From the NCBI GenBank assembly GCA_963801185.1, contig CAWDDW010000003.1, positions 1,788,353-1,852,352 of the forward strand: 64,000 bases of DNA, given 5' to 3'. Below the pieces are notes generated by a model. The model had not been told where the DNA came from. It ran no database searches and worked only from the letters and a program-made list of their open reading frames with translations. The DNA comes from an uncultured Acidimicrobiaceae bacterium. GTDB taxonomy: Bacteria > Actinomycetota > Acidimicrobiia > Acidimicrobiales > Bog-793. A program made the position numbers and the translations under genes. Of the stretch, positions 36,623 to 47,175 are shown piece after piece; positions within the stretch are counted from its first letter, which is position 1; each line of letters starts with the position of its first letter.

Positions 36623-39600
36623 GTGGGTAACGACGCTCGTCTGCCAGTACTCCTGACCAAAGCTCAGGAGACGGTCCAGGATCGGGGGTCGCCGCAGACG
36701 GCGGAGCAAGCGGCGGAGTCCGCGCGCCCCGGCGAGATGAACCGGCGTACGGCTCTCAAGGTGATCGGGTCGACCGGTGTCGCGGTCGGGCTGGCGTCCT
36801 ACGGTGCTCGCCTGCGCGCCGGCCGCCGGGCCATCCGCAACGCGATCGAGACCGGTGCGCGACTCGTCCCCCATGGCGGGGCGACCACGTCGGTCCCGAG
36901 CCTGACGGTAGATGTCTACCGACGGGACGACTTGTTCGATCTGAGCTTCGACTTCTTCAACCTGCAGCTGACAAGCGGTGGCGGCACGCCTGAGCTCACC
37001 AAGATCTCGGCGACCAAACCTACCTACGTCGTGGTCAACTTCCCGATGCAACACCTCGGCGAGGAGGCGGTCCCGAGCCCGCCGGCTCCGCCGTTCCTGG
37101 CGACGCCGCTCGGTGCCTACGCGGCGGGGCCGTCACAGCTCGTGTTCGAGGTACCGAAGACCCTCGAATCGATCCCGTTCACTCTTGAAGGCCTCCTTAG
37201 CTGGATGACACTGATCCCGGAGATAACGACGGCCGAGAAGATCAGCGCATCCGGGCTCGGCGCACCAAGCCAGTTCGAGACCTTCATCGAGGCGCCATGG
37301 CAGCTGTTCCTGTCGCCGCAAGTCGCGGGCAAGTGGTACCACTCGGCGACGCCGGTGACCCACGGGGAGTGGACCGAGCTCTGGCAGACCCGGCTTGGCA
37401 CCGCAAAGGGCGAATACCCCGCCGTTACGCCGGAGATCGCCGCGATCTGGGCACCGGACTGGCCCGAGGTCGGCCCGGAGGACCCGTTCGTGATGCCGCT
37501 TTTGAACACCGACCGCCGGGACATCGTGTTGCTGTCGTCCGGCGGCACGAACAGCCAGACCGGTGGGGTCGTGACAGGCATCCCCATCCCGATACACGTC
37601 TTCATGCTCACGCCGCTCGGCGCCACAATGGACCTCGACGGCCGGTGGAACGAGCCGAGCGTGTCGTCACTCATCGAGTGGCGCGAGCGGATGACGACCG
37701 GGCGTGACAGCTACGTGAGGATCGTGCGCGCGGGTTTCATCTACCCCTTTGGCCACAAGGCAGTCTGGATCACGATCACGGACCGGGAGTTCCAGGTCAG
37801 CCCGGACGGAGATGTCGTCGCATACCTCGTGCAGGAGCAGTTCGTCGAGATCACCGAGCCCGAGAAGACCTATCCCGGCAAGTCGCCCGAGCCTTACAGT
37901 GGGCGTCAGAACCCATTCCGCTCGATCAAGGCAAAGACCGCCACCTCTCCGGCGCTCGACTCGCCGTCGTTCATCTCGACGGCCTACACCGACGGCGCGT
38001 TCTGGCCGATGTCCGACGGGGCGCCGATCCCGTTCTCCTTCCAGGGAATCGACGTCGAGGGCCGGACCATCGACTTCACGACGAACGTCATCTGGGTCGA
38101 CGAACTGGCGGCATACGACTACACGACATCAGTGCCGAGCGTTGAGACCGAGTACACGGCCGGAGGCAACACTGCCAGGCGCAGCCCCACGCTGAACGGT
38201 CAGCTCGTGGCATTCGCTCCGCCCTCAGCCGCCGAGCCGGGGGCCACGGCCCACCACGCCGACGCGATGGAATTCGACGCCATCGTGATCAACGATGCCG
38301 GCCAGTACCAGCCGGCCTGGTTCCCCGTGATGGCGAACGTGACCGTGCGCATCCCCGCCGCCGAGCAGGTGACCGGCGCCGAGCTTCCTGGGTCGCCGCC
38401 TGTGTTCGACTACGCCACGCAATACCTGACGAACGGCTTCCAGGCTGGCGTCCCCGAGGTGTTCTTCACTCTCGACGCGTCGTCGACAGCCGCTCCGCTC
38501 ACCTTCCCTGCGGACAAGTCGGGCGGCATGGTCACCCCGAACTTCAAGATCGACGGCCTCTCCCGCCAGCACGGGCCGACGGCGGACTCGCACAACCTGT
38601 TGGCGAAGAACTTCAACCCGACCAACTACTTCGGCGGCCTAGAGGCGAAGATCCTCGGCGGCCTCGACCTTTTTTCGATCATCGAAGCAATCCTCGGCCC
38701 CTCGGTCTCGAGCAAGTTGCCGAAGATCAAGTCACACCTCGTGTTCCCCGCCAACAACTCGAAGTTGGCGCCGACCGGGCTCCAGACGACCGTCGACTGG
38801 AAGCCGAGCGTCTCGCAGGACCCGACGGGGACCTTCGACCCGAAGGGATCCGCCTCGAAGACGCTCGACATCCATGTCAAGATCTTCACGCCTTTCGCCG
38901 ACCCCTCCGCCACGACCTTCCAGATACAGGGCAAGCTCGTCAACTTCGACGTGAACCTGTTCGGGTCGGACGCGAAGGGCGGGCTGACCTTTCTCGACAT
39001 CCACTTCAAGAAGCTGCTGTTCACTGCCAAGACCGGAGCAAAGGCGCAATTCAGCGTCGACATCAGCACGGTCACGTTCGAGGGCCCGCTCACTTTCATC
39101 AACGACCTCGAGCAGTACCTCGCCTCTCTCGGCGGTCCGAGCATCGACATCCAGCCGTCGGGACTCACGGTCAGCTACACGCTCCCACTGCCGGACATCA
39201 CAGTCGGCGTCCTGGCGATCGAGAACATCTCGCTCTTCGGCAAGCTAACGCTCCCCTTCGACGGGACGCCCGTCCGCCTCGAAGTGGACTTCTGCACCCG
39301 GGACAACCCGTTCCTGTTGACCATCTATTGCTTCGGGGGCGGGGGCTTCTTCGGTATAGCGCTCGGCACCGACGGGATCGAGCTCATCGAGGTGAGCCTC
39401 GAGTTCGGCGCGGCGATCGCGATGGACCTCGGCGTCGCCTCCGGGAGCGCGTCGATCATGGCGGGGATCTACTTCTCGCTCGCTCCGAACACTCATCCGA
39501 CGGGAGCACACCCGCCGGCCGACGTGGTGACGCTGACCGGCTTCTTGCAGGCGAACGGGGACCTCGAGGTGCTCGGCATCATCAGCATCTCCATCCTCTT

Positions 39601-39800
39601 CTACCTGGGCTTCACATACCAGGACCCAGGTAAGTGCACCGGGACGGCTACCGGTCACCGTGACGGTGAAGGTGCTCTTCTTCTCCGCGTCGGTCAGCTT
39701 GACGGTGACGAAGACCTTCGGAGGGAGCGGGGACCCGAGCTTCGCGCAGGCGATATCGCAGAGCGACTTCGACACCTATTGCGCCGCCTTCGCGGCGTAG
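36623..39800 (+). CDS. Giant hypothetical protein A (about 1058 aa) with Tat-like leader and beta-strand-rich C-terminus; +1 frameshift near 39652
   Basis: RBS GAAAGGGGG then GTG; NRRTALKVIGSTGVAVGLA twin-Arg motif; strong GC3 codon pattern. Corrected C-terminus reads VTVTVKVLFFSASVSLTVTKTFGGSGDPSFAQAISQSDFDTYCAAFAA*. Confidence 0.8.
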
Positions 39801-39802
39801 TG

Positions 39803-39838
39803 ACGGGAATCGGTACGGGAATCCGCACGGGAACGAAG
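39803..39838. repeat. Degenerate 12-bp repeat x3 in the A-B spacer
   Basis: ACGGGAATCGGT ACGGGAATCCGC ACGGGAACGAAG. Confidence 0.7.
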
Positions 39839-39852
39839 AACGGGGCGCAGAC

Positions 39853-42800
39853 ATGACCATCAATCAGCGGCTCATCTGGACGGCGCTGCCGAACGGCATC
39901 ACGCCCGACAACCTGAACTACAAGCTCTCGGTCTTCGTCTCGCCGAGACTGTTCACGGACGAAGGGAGTGCGAGCGAGCGGCTGTCGAGCTTCCCGGACT
40001 TCCTCGACTGGCCGGCAACACCTATCACCTTCTCGGTGCACCTAGCGTCGAAGTCACCCACTGTGACGGTGACCAGCCCGGCCCCCAACCGCACCCTCTG
40101 GAAGACCCTGTTCCATCCGACGACGTTCGTCGAGCCCTATGTGTACACGAGCATCGCCGACCAGAATTTCCACTCGTACCCGACGAACTTCCTCCGGGAC
40201 TGGTTCGTGAGCACGTACGCAACGCTGTTCAACGCCAACCCGACCGAGTACCCGTCCCTCTCCGACCTCGGCCTCGGCCCGGGTGGGGCGCAAGGGCCGT
40301 ACAGCCAGCTCCCCATCAATCCCGCCGCGGCGATCAGGGAGATAAACGACCAGCTCGCACAGGGGGTGTCCCCACCGGCCGGCGGGCCGGCAGTCCACGC
40401 CATCGGGCCGGCGGCGAGCGCCAACCCACCAACCGACTTCGAGCAGGCTCGAGCTCTTCCTCCAACCTCTCACGACCACGCCGCCCACCTACAACCCGAA
40501 GGTTCACCCCGCCAAGCCTTCGATCGACTTCCACAAGATGGTCTCGCTGCTCGGTCAGTACCCGTCGTTGCTCCGGCTCTTCGGGCTCGTCTACGACTTC
40601 GAGGTCCCGATCCCGAGCGGATTGTCGGGCCCCGTGATCGTGAGCGTGACGCCGACGTGGACCCCTGTTCTTGCCGCCACGACGAATGTGGTGCCGGCGA
40701 CGTATGCGGATCCGGTCACGTTTCTCCCGTATCCGCGGGCCACCAACCCGGAGATCGCAGAGGGCCTGCTCCGGATGAGCGACTCGGTCCCTTCGCAGCC
40801 CTCGCAGCCCGGCTATCCCCTGCTCAAGGCTCGAGATCGACGGGTCGACGCTGAAGACCCTCAACTTCGCCCGGGGCGTCCAGCGGGCGACGACGACGAT
40901 GGCCTCGAGCGCCACACCGAGCGCGTATGCGGTGCCGGCGCTGCGCTCGGCTGGGCTCGCCGTCGCCCACACGGGCCAAGCTCTCGACTTCGGCCAGGGC
41001 ATGCAGCAGGCCGACTCGCTCGATGCGGCGGCGGAGTCGAACTCCCCGATCTTCCTCTACGCAGAGGACATCGTCCGCGGCTTTCGGATCGACGCCTGGG
41101 ACAGCGGCTCGAATGCGTGGCACCAGCTGTGCGCCCGCTCGGCTGCACCGGCGCTCGGCGGTTACCTCATCGGCAAGGCGCCACACGCGATAGTCGAGCC
41201 GGTGCCGTCGGGGGAGGAGGGCTGGGTCGAGCTGTCTCTCGCGCAAGGCGACGCCGGCGGCTCGAACGACTCCTACATGAGCGAGCTGATCTTCCGGTGG
41301 CAGGGATGGAGCCTCGTCGCGCAGCGACCTGGTCAGCACCTCTCAGACGACCCGTCCGATGGTCTCGAGCCCCCCAGAACAACCCCCCGACAGGGGTGTT
41401 CCCCTTGCAGGTCTCCTTCGCCGCGACCCCTGGGACGTTGCCGCTCTTGCGTTTCGGCCTGGAGTACGCCTTCCGCGCCAGGGCGGTCGACCTCGCCGGC
41501 AACAGCATCGCGTTCGACCCGACGGCGACGGCCGTCTCCTTCACTTACGCGACGCCGACGCTTCGATACGGCCGCGTCGAGCCACTCCAGAGCCCGCCAC
41601 TCGTGGCGCACGACCCGCGCGGAGAGCTCGTCGGCGGCGTCCTGCAGATCATCTCGCCCGGTGAGCACCTCAAGCGCCTCGTCATCCGGAGCGAGATGTA
41701 CGACACGCCCGACTCGAGCGTCAGCCCGACCTCCCGCCACGTAGTCCCGCCCTCGACGAGCGAGTTGATGGCAGAGACGGCCGGACAGCTCGACACCTCT
41801 ACTCACTCGCCCGACCCCTCGCTCTACCCGACGATCGCCGCGCTCGCCGGTGTCACCTATTCGGACTCGGCGGTCATCACCGCCCTCGGGGGCGCGACCG
41901 ACCCTGGGAGCGCCGGGGCCCCGTATTACACGGTCGACAACCTTGCGGTGCCCTACCTGCCCGACCCGTACGTCGCCGGCGCCTGCCTGCAGAACGTCCC
42001 CGGCTCGCCGGCGCCCTTGTTGATCCCCTTCGGCGGCTCGGGTTACAGCTGGCCGGCGACGCTCGCATTCCGCATGGAGATTCAGGCGGGTCCCGGTGCT
42101 CCGATCCTGCCGATCGCCGGCAACAACTACACCCTCTCGCTCTTCGCGCCGAAGGCAACCGTCCAGACCATGCTCCTCTCTTCGTACCTCGACGTGTCGA
42201 GCCTCGACTCGATGGCTCTGTGGGAGTGGTTGCAAGAGGCGGGTTTCGACACGCCGGCGAACCAGTCGGTGCTGTTGTCGGGCGAGGCGTACATGATCAC
42301 GCCGTACCGCAGCCTGACCATCGTCCACGCCGTGCGCCAGCCGCTGACGGTCCCGCAGTTCACGGCGCCGTACATCACCCGCGACCTTGGGAAGACGTTC
42401 GCCTTGCTTGGCGACACGATCAAGGTCGACTACATGTCCAGCCAGAAACTCGACGTCTACGCAGTCTGGTCCGAGCCCTTCGACGACGGCGTCAACCCGA
42501 TCGGGTCGGTGGAGCTCGCGTTCAACTCTCCCGTGGGCGAGGTGACGCTCGATCTCACGAACGACACGGCGACATCGGTGACGATCCCGGCCGCCGGCCC
42601 TCCGGCGGTGCCGGCCCTCCGCCACGACTTCGGGGACACGAAGTACCGGCTCGTCTACTACGAGGCGAGGTCGACCTCCCGGTTCCTCGAATACTTCACA
42701 CAGGCCGTGTCGGTCACCCTCACCGACGCGAACCCGGCGACGGTGTACGGTTCCGCGCTGGCGACCGGCACCGTCGTCGTCTCGACCGAGGGGAGCGGCT

Positions 42801-43966
42801 CGACGCCGCCCGACATCTACCAGCCGACGATCGACTACACCGAGGACGACGCCGGCGGGACCATCACCGCGATCGAGGGCGGGGCGATCATCCCGTCTGG
42901 AGGCGGTTCGGCGACCGTCGACGTCTCCTTCGTGCCGGCGCCGGTGACACGTTCCAGCCTGGAAGAGGTTGTGTCGCCGGCGACATCGACGGGCTACCCG
43001 CTCATAGTGCCGAGCACTGCACGGCCGAGCGCGCCCGACGTCCGCTACGTGTTGCCGCTCTTCTCGTTCACCGACGAGACCTCGACGTCACCGCCGGGGA
43101 TCACGAGCACCCGCACGGGCAACGCCGTGCGGGTCTACCTCGGGCGGCCGTGGTGGTCCTCCGGGGACGGCGAGCTGCTCGGCGTGCTCGTCTTCGAGGC
43201 TCTCGGCGGGCCCTTCCCGCCGGCCACCTACGAGCCGTTCGCGACCCGCTACGGGCGCGACCCGCTGTTCGAGACGAATCCGGTCGAGACAGTGCCCTCG
43301 CTGGCGAACTTCTCCCTGGCCGAGACGACGGCCGTGAACCTCACGATTCCAGAGACCGGCTCGGCGACGGCATGGAGCGTGGCCGGGCACACTGTCAGCT
43401 TCGATACGACTCACCAGCTCTGGTACGCCGACATCGCCATCGACACCTCGGTGCCGTCGGGTTCGGGAAGCGTGGACTCCTACTGGCCGTTCGTCCGCCT
43501 CGGGCTCGTGCGGTACCAGCCGAACTCGCTAGGCGGTGTCGAATGCTCGACGGTCGTGGTCGCCGACTTCGTGAAGCTGGCATCCGATCGGACAGCCAGC
43601 CTGACGTTCCCGACTCCGACTCAGGTGGCCATCTCCGTCAACGGCGTGAGCTTCGGGAGCGGGCCCGCTCCGCTCGACGGCTCGAGCGTCATGTATGCCA
43701 CCGTTGAGGTTCAGCGAGGTGGCGGAGTCTCGGATCCCGACCTGATCTGGGTGGCAGTGCCTGGCTCGACCGTCGAGCTCGGGTCGGCCGCTACCGGCAG
43801 TTACGGCGTGAACTGGACGGGAACAGTCGATCTCCCCGGCCCACAGGGCAGCCAGCCTTTCCGCATCCGCCTCGAGGAGTTCGAGCTCATCCCGTCGGCC
43901 GTGCCGACGCTCACGGTCCCGCCGCCGGCACAGCGCCGGACCTACATCGACACATTGCAGATCTGA
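39853..43966 (+). CDS. Giant hypothetical protein B (about 1370 aa); three frameshifts near 40448, 40830 and 41370
   Basis: ORF pieces join seamlessly: MTINQRLIWTALPNG...QLELFLQP...IDFHKMVSLLGQYPSLLRLFGLV...LEIDGSTLK...PALRSAGL...LYAEDIVRGFRIDAWD...FRWQGWSL...LPLLRFGLEYAFRARAVDLAGNS...LGRPWWSSGDGELLGV...YWPFVRLGLVRYQPNS. Confidence 0.8.
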
Positions 43967-43990
43967 TTGCAGATCTGATTGCAGATCTGA
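43955..43990. repeat. Perfect 12-bp repeat x3 that triplicates the stop codon of gene B
   Basis: (TTGCAGATCTGA)3; each unit reads LQI* in frame. Confidence 0.95.
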
Positions 43991-44012
43991 GCTGTGCCGC
44001 AGCGGCGGGCTG

Positions 44013-45315
44013 TCAGCTCCCGATCGCCACGGCGGACCAGGTCGCGCCACCGTCGTCCGACTCGTACAGCCGCGACGTGACTGCCGAACCCGAATCGGAC
44101 GTCGCGAGCAGGGCGTAGGCGCGATCCGGGTCGCTGTAACCGGCCCAGGTGATGCTCGAGCTCGCCGATCCCGAGAGCACGACCGAGAAGCTCGCACCTC
44201 CGTCTGTCGTCTCCTCGAGTGCGTTGGGCGATGCGCCGGGCGCCGCTTGGGCGGGCCAGGCGAGCGCGACTGCGGCGGAGGCAGCCGTGAGTTGCATGTG
44301 GTTGTCGAAGCCCCCTGCCTCCGGGCGCCAACCTGCACCGCCATTGGTCGACACCCACGCCTCGGCCTCCGTCCCCGTCGGGCAGGCGGCCCAGAGCGTG
44401 GGTGTGCCATCGGCGGTAGCCGTCACCCTGCCCCCGAGAGAGGCAGTGCAGGGATCGGCCCGCTGGCTGAAGCTCGCCCCCCTGTCGTCGGAGTACAGAA
44501 GGGAAGCTCGGCCAGAGCCGCTCAGGACGTACAAGTTCGGGCCGCTCAGGGCGATCTCCGCGCCCACGCCGAGCGCTACCGGCGTCGGCACCTTCTCCCA
44601 CCTGCGTGATCCGAGCGCAGAGCGGAGGAGCTCGGGTGACTGGCACCTCGCGGAGCCGGCCGCGCAAGCGAGCGCGTACGTCTCGCCATCGGCGGTCTCA
44701 GCGCCCGTGACGGTCGCGCCCGAGAGGGCGATCCTGACCCAGCTCGACCCTCCGTTCGTCGTCTCCCACAACTCCGGGTCAAAGGCGTATCCGTCGAGGC
44801 TCGTTGGCATAACCCAACTGGGTCACCGCACTCGCGCTCACCGGCGGGCTCGGGATGCCGCTGAACTTCGACCCTCCGTCGGTCGTGCGGACGATCGCGC
44901 CGCAGGTACCCGTGCCTGTGAGGCAACGACCCGTCCCTAGCAACCACCACTCGTCGAGGCTCACCGCCGTGAACGAGCTCGGCTGGAAGTCTGCCGGGAC
45001 CACGCCTCCGGGCGGACCGGTCGCGTTGCTCGGCAGGGTGGTGGTACCGGCAGCCGGCGAGGTGGTCGTCGTGGAGGTTGGCGAGGTGGTCGCCGTGGTC
45101 GATGTGCTCGGCCCTCCGACGCTTGTCACATCGGGTCCCGACCCACCCTTCGAGGAGCCGGCCGAGCCGATGAGGACGATCGTGCCCGCCAGGACCGCCG
45201 CGGCAACAGTGCCGGTCAGGCCGATGCGGAGCCGGGAGCGCCGCCGGCGGAGCCGGCGACCGCGATCGAGCGCCTCTCGGACGACTTTTTCGACACTGCT
45301 CTCGGGTACGTTCAT
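44013..45315 (-). CDS. Probable single-pass anti-sigma factor with extracytoplasmic BNR/Asp-box propeller, about 433 aa; frameshift near 44800
   Basis: MNVPESS...RGRRLRRRRSR, TM helix, Thr-rich linker, Asp-boxes (RTTDGGSKF, TTNGGSSW, SDDRGASF, STNGGAGW, SDDGGATW); ATGA-coupled to the sigma gene. Confidence 0.78.
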
Positions 45316-45894
45316 TTCGCAACCTCTCGAGCCCGCTCCCCGAGTGAGATGCGCAGTGAAGCGAGTGCCCTCTCGAGATGCTTGCGAACCGTTCCCGGCG
45401 AGATCCTCATCACCCGCGACGTCGTCTACGGCCAGGTCTGCGATGTGGTGGAGAACGAGTGCCTCCCGCTGCTTCGCGCTGAGCCGCCTGAGCGCGGAGA
45501 CCAGGTCGGCTCGCAGATCGGACCGGTCGTCGAAACTCTCGGCTGTCGCTTGCTCGGGGGCGACCCGCAGTGAACGGGCCTCCCGCCTCCCGGCGTCGTA
45601 CGCCAGGTTCATCGCCACACGGTGCACCCAGGCGACCCTGTAAGGGGCAGCCGCGATCCGATCCCAGTGCAGGTACGCACGAGCAAGAGCCTCCGACGCG
45701 ATTCCCTCTACGTCAGAGCCGCGAGGAGCCAGCTTGCCGGCCGCACGGAGCAGGCTCGGCGTGGCCTCTCGAGCGAACGAGACGAACTCCTCGTCGCTCG
45801 TCGACGACCGGCCCCGGTGTTCGTCGGCGACGAGCGTGAGCGCCAGAGGAGTGACCGGGTGGGGGTCTTCGACCACTCCTGCATTGTTGCTCAC
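45312..45894 (-). CDS. ECF sigma-70 factor; frameshift near 45415
   Basis: EALARAYLHW...AWVHRVAMNLAYD; LSAKQREALVLHH; the shifted frame restores VMRISPGTVRKHLERALASLR...EVAK*. Confidence 0.85.
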
Positions 45895-45900
45895 GCCTTG

Positions 45901-45931
45901 TCTAACGCTCGGCCACGCGGATCTGCGTACA
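45901..45931 (-). promoter_or_regulatory. ECF-type autoregulatory promoter TGTACGC-N17-CGTTAGA
   Basis: Ends 6 nt before the sigma GTG; identical heptamers recur on the opposite strand. Confidence 0.7.
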
Positions 45932-45957
45932 AGGCTCCCGAAAAATCTTCGAGCACC

Positions 45958-45989
45958 TGTACGCGGCTCGAGCGGACCTGACCGTTAGA
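45958..45989 (+). promoter_or_regulatory. ECF-type promoter TGTACGC-N18-CGTTAGA for the BNR protein operon
   Basis: Both 7-mers identical to the divergent copy; 26 nt upstream of ATG 46016. Confidence 0.7.
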
Positions 45990-46015
45990 AAGACGTTGTC
46001 GATGAACGGAGCGCG

Positions 46016-47170
46016 ATGAATCGATCCATCAGCCAGACTGTCACAGGCGTCGGTGGCGCCCTGTTGCTGGGCGCGGCGGCGCTGCTTGCGCCTGCGGGAG
46101 CCGCCTCGGCCGGGACCGGCACAGCCAGCCGGCCCGTTCCGAAGGGGTTCAAGGTCAACTCCGTCACGTGGCTTACGAAGGACCAGGGTTGGGTGCTCGG
46201 TGCAGCTCCGTGCGGGTCGAAGTCGAAGCTCTGCACCGATGTCATCGGCACCACTGACGGGGGCGCGACGTGGAGCCTGCTCGGCGGCGTCAAGGCGCCG
46301 ATCCCGAAGGTGTCGCTCGGAGAGCCAGGCGTGACGGAGATTCGTTTCGCAACACCTGAAGATGGCTGGGTGTTCGGGCCAGGGCTGTTCCACAGCACCA
46401 ACGGCGGCCGCTCCTGGTCGGCCGAGAGGATTCCCGGCCACGCGAAGCAGGTGAGAGCTCTCGCCGTGAACTCGGGAGCGGCTTACACCGTTGCCTCGAC
46501 GTGCGACGTGGGTGTGGTGTGCAAGGCCTCGCCGAGCCTGTGGACGACCTCCTCGTTGACCGGCAGCTCGTGGAAGGCAGTCGCGCTGAAGCTTCGGAGC
46601 TCGCCCATCGTCACAGTCACCGTCTACGGCCAGACCGTCTACGTCCTCAATGGGAGGACGGACACGGGCGGCAACAAGCTCTGGGCCAGCACCGACGGTG
46701 GTTCCCACTTCTCGTCTCGGCCCGTGCCGTGCGACAGCACCGAGGACAACTCGCTCATCTCGGTCGCCGCCTCGTCGGCCACCGACGTCGCCCTCCTCTG
46801 TGAAGGGGCCGCGGCAGCATCCGACGCCGGCAAGGCCGTCTACAGGTCGGACAACACGGGGAAGACCTACACGTACGCCGGCGCGCTCGGCTTGCCCGGG
46901 ATCCAGGCTCAACTCGCCATGTCGCCGTCGGGGAACCTGGCGGTCGCGGCGACCTCCACCGGCTCGTTCATGTACATCAACGACAACCACAAGACGGCCT
47001 GGACCCTTGCGATCGCCGACTCCGACGGCGGAGCCGGATGGAACGACCTCGTGTACACGACCGACAGCGAAGCCTTCGTCGTCTACTCACCCGCAGACGG
47101 TTTCGTAGACACCGCCGAGCTCTACATCACCCACGACGGCGGTCGCCACTGGAGCGTCGTCACGCTGTGA
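46016..47170 (+). CDS. Secreted BNR/Asp-box (Ycf48-like) beta-propeller protein
   Basis: Signal peptide ending ASA; TTDGGATW, STNGGRSW, STDGGSHF, SDNTGKTY, THDGGRHW. Confidence 0.85.
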   Translation: MNRSISQTVTGVGGALLLGAAALLAPAGAASAGTGTASRPVPKGFKVNSVTWLTKDQGWVLGAAPCGSKSKLCTDVIGTTDGGATWSLLGGVKAPIPKVSLGEPGVTEIRFATPEDGWVFGPGLFHSTNGGRSWSAERIPGHAKQVRALAVNSGAAYTVASTCDVGVVCKASPSLWTTSSLTGSSWKAVALKLRSSPIVTVTVYGQTVYVLNGRTDTGGNKLWASTDGGSHFSSRPVPCDSTEDNSLISVAASSATDVALLCEGAAAASDAGKAVYRSDNTGKTYTYAGALGLPGIQAQLAMSPSGNLAVAATSTGSFMYINDNHKTAWTLAIADSDGGAGWNDLVYTTDSEAFVVYSPADGFVDTAELYITHDGGRHWSVVTL

Positions 47171-47175
47171 TCCCC

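Noticed and set aside
39640-41380. Programmed frameshifting or pseudogenisation of the giant gene pair
   Set aside because: No slippery heptamers and no in-frame stops after repair; the same indel type hits housekeeping-like genes (ACAD, potC) and identical repeat copies, so sequencing error is more parsimonious.
36623-43966. Calling the giant pair an eCIS, Tc toxin or prophage tail locus
   Set aside because: No sheath, tube, baseplate, VgrG/PAAR, RHS/YD or SpvB motifs are recognisable; kept only as an unknown system.
43955-43990. Short direct repeats here and at 32312, 39803 and 63741 as possible CRISPR or attachment sites
   Set aside because: Head-to-tail units with no spacers, and no cas or integrase genes in the window.
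44779-45894. 371-aa ORF that looks like a sigma factor fused to a TM/extracellular domain
   Set aside because: Fusion is produced by an indel near 45415; the shifted frame restores sigma region 4.2 and a stop overlapping the next ATG (ATGA).
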